A stretch of DNA of 59,813 nucleotides from a virus (lineage: Duplodnaviria > Caudoviricetes): positions 1-59,813 of the IMG/VR virus record IMGVR_UViG_3300025113_000005; one strand, 5' to 3'. Positions 56,835-59,813 of this stretch are shown in pieces. Position numbers and translations under genes: made by a program. How positions within the stretch are numbered: position 1 is the stretch's first letter; every line of letters begins with the position of its first letter. The notes under the pieces were generated by a model. That model was not told the origin of the DNA. It was given only the letters and a program-made list of their open reading frames with translations, and made no database searches.

Positions 56835-56850
56835 GCAACCTCCTGTAATT

Positions 56851-56936
56851 TGGAGCGGGAGAAGGGAATCGAACCCTCATGCGACTTGCGTCTGCCGGTT
56901 TGGAAGACCGGTGCCCTGCCAATGGACCACTCCCGC
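56851..56936 (-). tRNA. tRNA-Gly(TCC) with long variable arm
   Basis: loop CTTCCAA; GAC-GCAA-GTC variable stem; U73. Confidence 0.85.
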
Positions 56937-57089
56937 GAGGTCCCGGAGTATCTTCACCTTCACGGAGGACCGGGCTCCACGTGAGGCTAAGATCCTCCCT
57001 GACTTCCATGCCGTCATCGTGCAACGTGAGGATCAGACGCTGCACGCACTTCGGCGACATGGAAGCGTGAAGCTTGCGCCTCACTGAAC

Positions 57090-57163
57090 TGGAGCGGAAG
57101 ACCGGAATCGAACCGGCGCATGAACCTTGGCAAGGTCCTAGGCTACCATTACATCACATCCGC
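57090..57163 (-). tRNA. tRNA-Gly(GCC)
   Basis: loop TTGCCAA. Confidence 0.9.
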
Positions 57164-57171
57164 ATGAAACT

Positions 57172-57245
57172 TGGAGCGGGTACCCAGTATCGAACTGGGG
57201 ACTAAACCTTGGCAAGGTTTCGAGTTACCACTACACCATACCCGC
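57172..57245 (-). tRNA. tRNA-Gly(GCC), second copy
   Basis: loop TTGCCAA. Confidence 0.9.
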
Positions 57246-57828
57246 GTATAAACCTTCTCACCTGTGTATGTGAGACATTCCACAACTGAGACAATCTCTT
57301 TGTGCTTCCTCTTTTCGGATAGTCTGAGTGAATTACATCAAGCTGTCGCTTTTCGACTTCTTCGGTCGACAGCGTCATTGCACTGTTGGCACTGATTTTT
57401 GATTTTGCTTCATTGGTATGCTTGAAAGATTTTCCTAGTGTACCACCTAACGGTGGCTTCCAGATTCCGAGCAATGCTCTGCGTTTCATTTCGATGGAGT
57501 GAGCTTCTCGCTTTTCGTTATTCCACCTAGCTCCCGATTTGTTGATGTAATCCCAACCACCTTCTCCACCTACTTTCAAATTGTAGGTGTCTGGTCTAGC
57601 TACCCAATCCATGGTTACTAACTGTGATTCAGCGAAGAACATATCTTCAATTGAAGCACAATCTAGCAAAATGATTCGTTGAAAGTTGCTAGCGCCATAC
57701 TTAGCAATTGCCTTCTTGAGAAGCTTGCCACTTCCTAGATATCCATCATCGAGTGTTTCACACACGTGAACACCACGGTATTTCTTACCGTTGATGAGGT
57801 TGGCAGTTTCATAGACAATGAATTTCAT
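57202..57828 (-). mobile_element. GIY-YIG (Seg-like) homing endonuclease
   Basis: IVYETANLINGKKYRGVH..DDGYLGSG..YNLKVGG; AT-rich. Confidence 0.85.
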
Positions 57829-57848
57829 TTATTCATTGTAACACAAGT

Positions 57849-57934
57849 TGGTCTCGGTGGCAGGATTCGAACCTGCGATGCGTTTCCGCGCTAGCTCCCA
57901 AAGCTAGTGACATACCTGGCTTGCCGACACCGAG
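57849..57934 (-). tRNA. tRNA-Pro(TGG) with long variable arm
   Basis: loop TTTGGGA (G37); GCG-GAAA-CGC variable stem. Confidence 0.85.
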
Positions 57935-57940
57935 GAATTG

Positions 57941-58052
57941 GGCAAACGAAAATGAAGAAGGAGTGCCTCCCGAACGAGGCTGACCTTGGGTTTCCCCTCG
58001 GTCTGGAGTCGAACCAGATCATCGTATGATAACCTTCTGTCAGCGGTTTGCT
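57941..58052 (-). ncRNA. Y RNA (YrlA)-like ncRNA with permuted tRNA module
   Basis: GCAAAC-CGC-TGACAGAAGG-TTATC; TCTGG-TTCGACT-CCAGA; GGG-GAAA-CCC; GCCTC/GAGGC; CCTTCTTCA-TTTTC-GTTTGC. Confidence 0.78.
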
Positions 58053-58057
58053 GTTCT

Positions 58058-58132
58058 TGGTCAGGGTACCTGGAGTTGAACCAGGACTGAAGCCTTCCAA
58101 AGGCAACTGGCTACCACACGCCTCCCACCCTG
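58058..58132 (-). tRNA. non-canonical tRNA-Pro(TGG)
   Basis: loop TTTGGAA (A37); paralog of 55133-55207. Confidence 0.75.
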
Positions 58133-58139
58133 TAGATCG

Positions 58140-58214
58140 TGGTCAGGGTACTCAGAGTCGAACTGAGACTACTCGGCTCCGGACCGAATCGGCTGCCACA
58201 CGCCTCCTACCCTG
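58140..58214 (-). tRNA. non-canonical tRNA-Pro(CGG)
   Basis: loop TCCGGAG (C33, A37). Confidence 0.75.
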
Positions 58215-58224
58215 TTGAATGAAA

Positions 58225-58278
58225 GAGAACGAAGGTCGTCAAGGGGTTTTTTCCAGATAACCCTTAACAGCGGTTCTC
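58225..58278 (-). ncRNA. minimal Y RNA-like ncRNA
   Basis: GAGAAC-CGC-TGTTAAGGG-TTATC..CCCTTGAC-GACCTTC-GTTCTC. Confidence 0.6.
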
Positions 58279-58326
58279 GTATTTGGAGCCGGCACATGGA
58301 TTCACATGTGGTTCGCCCGGCGTAGA

Positions 58327-58707
58327 TTATGTTGTGCGATGGAAGATGACCAGCATCATCACCGCTGCCGAAAGAAGAAGAGCGGCGCCGATCAGCAGTC
58401 CTGGAACCAGGACTAGAGGCCAGGCTTTACCGCTGAGCATGAAGAATAGACACACCGTGAAGAACACGGTTCCAACTCGATGCGTTCCGAGCTGAGCTCG
58501 AGCGAGCATTGTTGGCGGTCCATCGGGGACCCACAGCCGAAACACGGAGGCGTAGAGCAGCGAGAGCACCATTCCAACGAGGTTGATGTGGGCGTGCACT
58601 CCACCGTATGCGTGGTTTCCCGTGATACCCATGTAGATTCCGAGGCACATACCGATGAGGAGCAGGACAAGCCCGAAGTAGGTATGACGCCTGGCGATAT
58701 CTCTCAT
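58327..58707 (-). CDS. 4-TM membrane protein with HAHINL motif
   Basis: GIYMG..HAHINLVG, resembling heme-copper-oxidase-subunit-like small proteins. Confidence 0.65.
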   Translation of the reverse strand: MRDIARRHTYFGLVLLLIGMCLGIYMGITGNHAYGGVHAHINLVGMVLSLLYASVFRLWVPDGPPTMLARAQLGTHRVGTVFFTVCLFFMLSGKAWPLVLVPGLLIGAALLLSAAVMMLVIFHRTT

Positions 58708-58736
58708 GTTGTTCTCCAACGCTGTTGGAGTATTTA

Positions 58737-58821
58737 TGGTGCACCCGAGAGGACTCGAACCTCCACCCCTTGCGGGACAGCCACCTCAAAGCTGCGCGGC
58801 TACCAATTACGCCACGGGTGC
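58737..58821 (-). tRNA. tRNA-Leu(GAG), canonical G37
   Basis: loop TTGAGGT. Confidence 0.92.
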
Positions 58822-58895
58822 AGAAACTCTCGAGGACGGTTGCAGCGTCCTCTTCCCAGCGCCGGCTGATTGCAACTACCGTCGCTGGAGTACCT

Positions 58896-58971
58896 TGGTG
58901 GACCTGAGGGGGATCGAACCCCTGGCCTCAGCGTTGCGAACGCTGCGCTCTCCCAGCTGAGCTACAAGCCC
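58896..58971 (-). tRNA. tRNA-Ala(CGC)
   Basis: canonical, G3:U70. Confidence 0.92.
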
Positions 58972-58979
58972 AAGAAACC

Positions 58980-59071
58980 TGGCGGTGATGGTGGGATTCG
59001 AACCCACGGACCCCCTTTCGAGGATCTCCGGTTTAGCAAACCGGTGCGATAGGCCTCTCTGCCACATCACC
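58980..59071 (-). tRNA. tRNA-Ser(GCT)
   Basis: loop TTGCTAA; long variable arm; G73. Confidence 0.92.
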
Positions 59072-59078
59072 TTGTGTC

Positions 59079-59168
59079 TGGCGGCGTCGGTAGGATTCGA
59101 ACCCACGGGCCCCTTGCGGAACCTTCTGCTTTCAAGGCAGCTGCCATAGACCACTCGACCACGACGCC
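59079..59168 (-). tRNA. tRNA-Ser(TGA)
   Basis: loop CTTGAAA; long variable arm; G73. Confidence 0.92.
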
Positions 59169-59210
59169 ATATTCTAGAGGACGGTGGGTTGTCAAGCCCA
59201 ACATGTTTCA

Positions 59211-59381
59211 ATCACAGTGCGTTGTTATGCGATAAGACTCAACGTGCTAGCTAGGCTCGTATCAGCGTCAGAGGGCGTCTAACCCATGGACTCGTTCGTG
59301 TGACCGTTTTGTCCATCCAACTGCCTCCTTCGTTCGCTGCAATCAACACAACGAGATCGGCATGCACTACACTCCTGTGAC
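59211..59381 (-). ncRNA. candidate rod-shaped ncRNA
   Basis: nested short helices in an ORF-free gap. Confidence 0.35.
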
Positions 59382-59603
59382 CTAATCAGCCTGAGCTATT
59401 GCCTGCCCAGCACCTTTTCCCCCACGACGAGGGCCTTATCAGTCACGTCCTCAAAAACTTGTTCGGCCGAGGCTTGCACTCGGATCACCGTCTTCACGGC
59501 TTCGGCTGGGGTCCATCGAGCAGCGGCGTGGCGCACCTCGAGTTCCATACCGTTCAGGAGCGACCACACGCAGAGCCACGATGCCGGGTGGAAGCTGAAG
59601 GAC

Positions 59604-59678
59604 TGGAGTGCACTGAGGGAATCGAACCCCCGATCACTTCGTTTGCAGCGAAGGCTGTTACCATTCCAGCAAGTGCAC
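59604..59678 (-). tRNA. tRNA-Cys(GCA)
   Basis: loop CTGCAAA; U73. Confidence 0.9.
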
Positions 59679-59686
59679 ACGAATTC

Positions 59687-59767
59687 TGGTGGGGTGTAGT
59701 GGGGTCGAACCACTGCGGTTGTTGCAGCCGAAGCCACTCACCATGCCGGACCCGATCCGGACACTCC
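59687..59767 (-). ncRNA. tRNA-like RNA with CCA end but no anticodon stem
   Basis: GGAGTGT/ACACCCC-ACCA, CCGGA/TCCGG, AGTGG-TTCGACC-CCACT. Confidence 0.55.
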
Positions 59768-59772
59768 AATCT

Positions 59773-59813
59773 TGGTGGACCCGAAGGGAGTTGAACCCTC
59801 CACACAATGCTTG
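59773..59813 (-). tRNA. partial tRNA, probably Ala (truncated by window edge)
   Basis: T arm and GGGTCC-ACCA 3' end. Confidence 0.7.

Noticed and set aside
58284-58322. tRNA gene ending GCCGGCTCCA
   Set aside because: Only a 3' remnant; no cloverleaf
59171-59195. TTGACA...TAGAAT sigma70 promoter
   Set aside because: Spacer is only 13 nt

Overview
This is a ~60 kb segment of a large, GC-rich, T4-like or jumbo-type phage genome, coded almost entirely on the minus strand. The host is probably a Proteobacterium (inferred from host-like ErpA, YccA/BI-1 and PBP7-like genes). From left to right it contains: (1) an HNH-RNA ligase fusion; (2) a cluster (3.3-11.3 kb) of six 2OG-Fe(II)/cupin oxygenases, two PP-loop ATPases, a fatty-acid desaturase and a GNAT-like protein, punctuated by late-type TAAATA boxes; (3) two arrays of paralogous late proteins with MKxxEL-like leaders and putative prohead-protease (L/V-x-E) sites, one built from a tandemly repeated ~90-aa domain; (4) a cell-surface locus (23-30 kb) with a GT2 polysaccharide synthase, deacetylase, putative outer-membrane protein, secreted low-complexity protein, GH16 hydrolase and lysozyme; (5) a CCA-adding enzyme, phosphatases, a nuclease, vWA and NADAR genes; and (6) an RNA-gene region (48.6-59.8 kb). 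That region holds about 30 tRNA or tRNA-like genes (including an amber suppressor and several non-canonical tRNAs), an RNase P RNA, six Y RNA (YrlA)-like ncRNAs, other structured RNAs and two GIY-YIG homing endonucleases. All calls are by-eye motif and pairing recognition; no database search or folding program was run.
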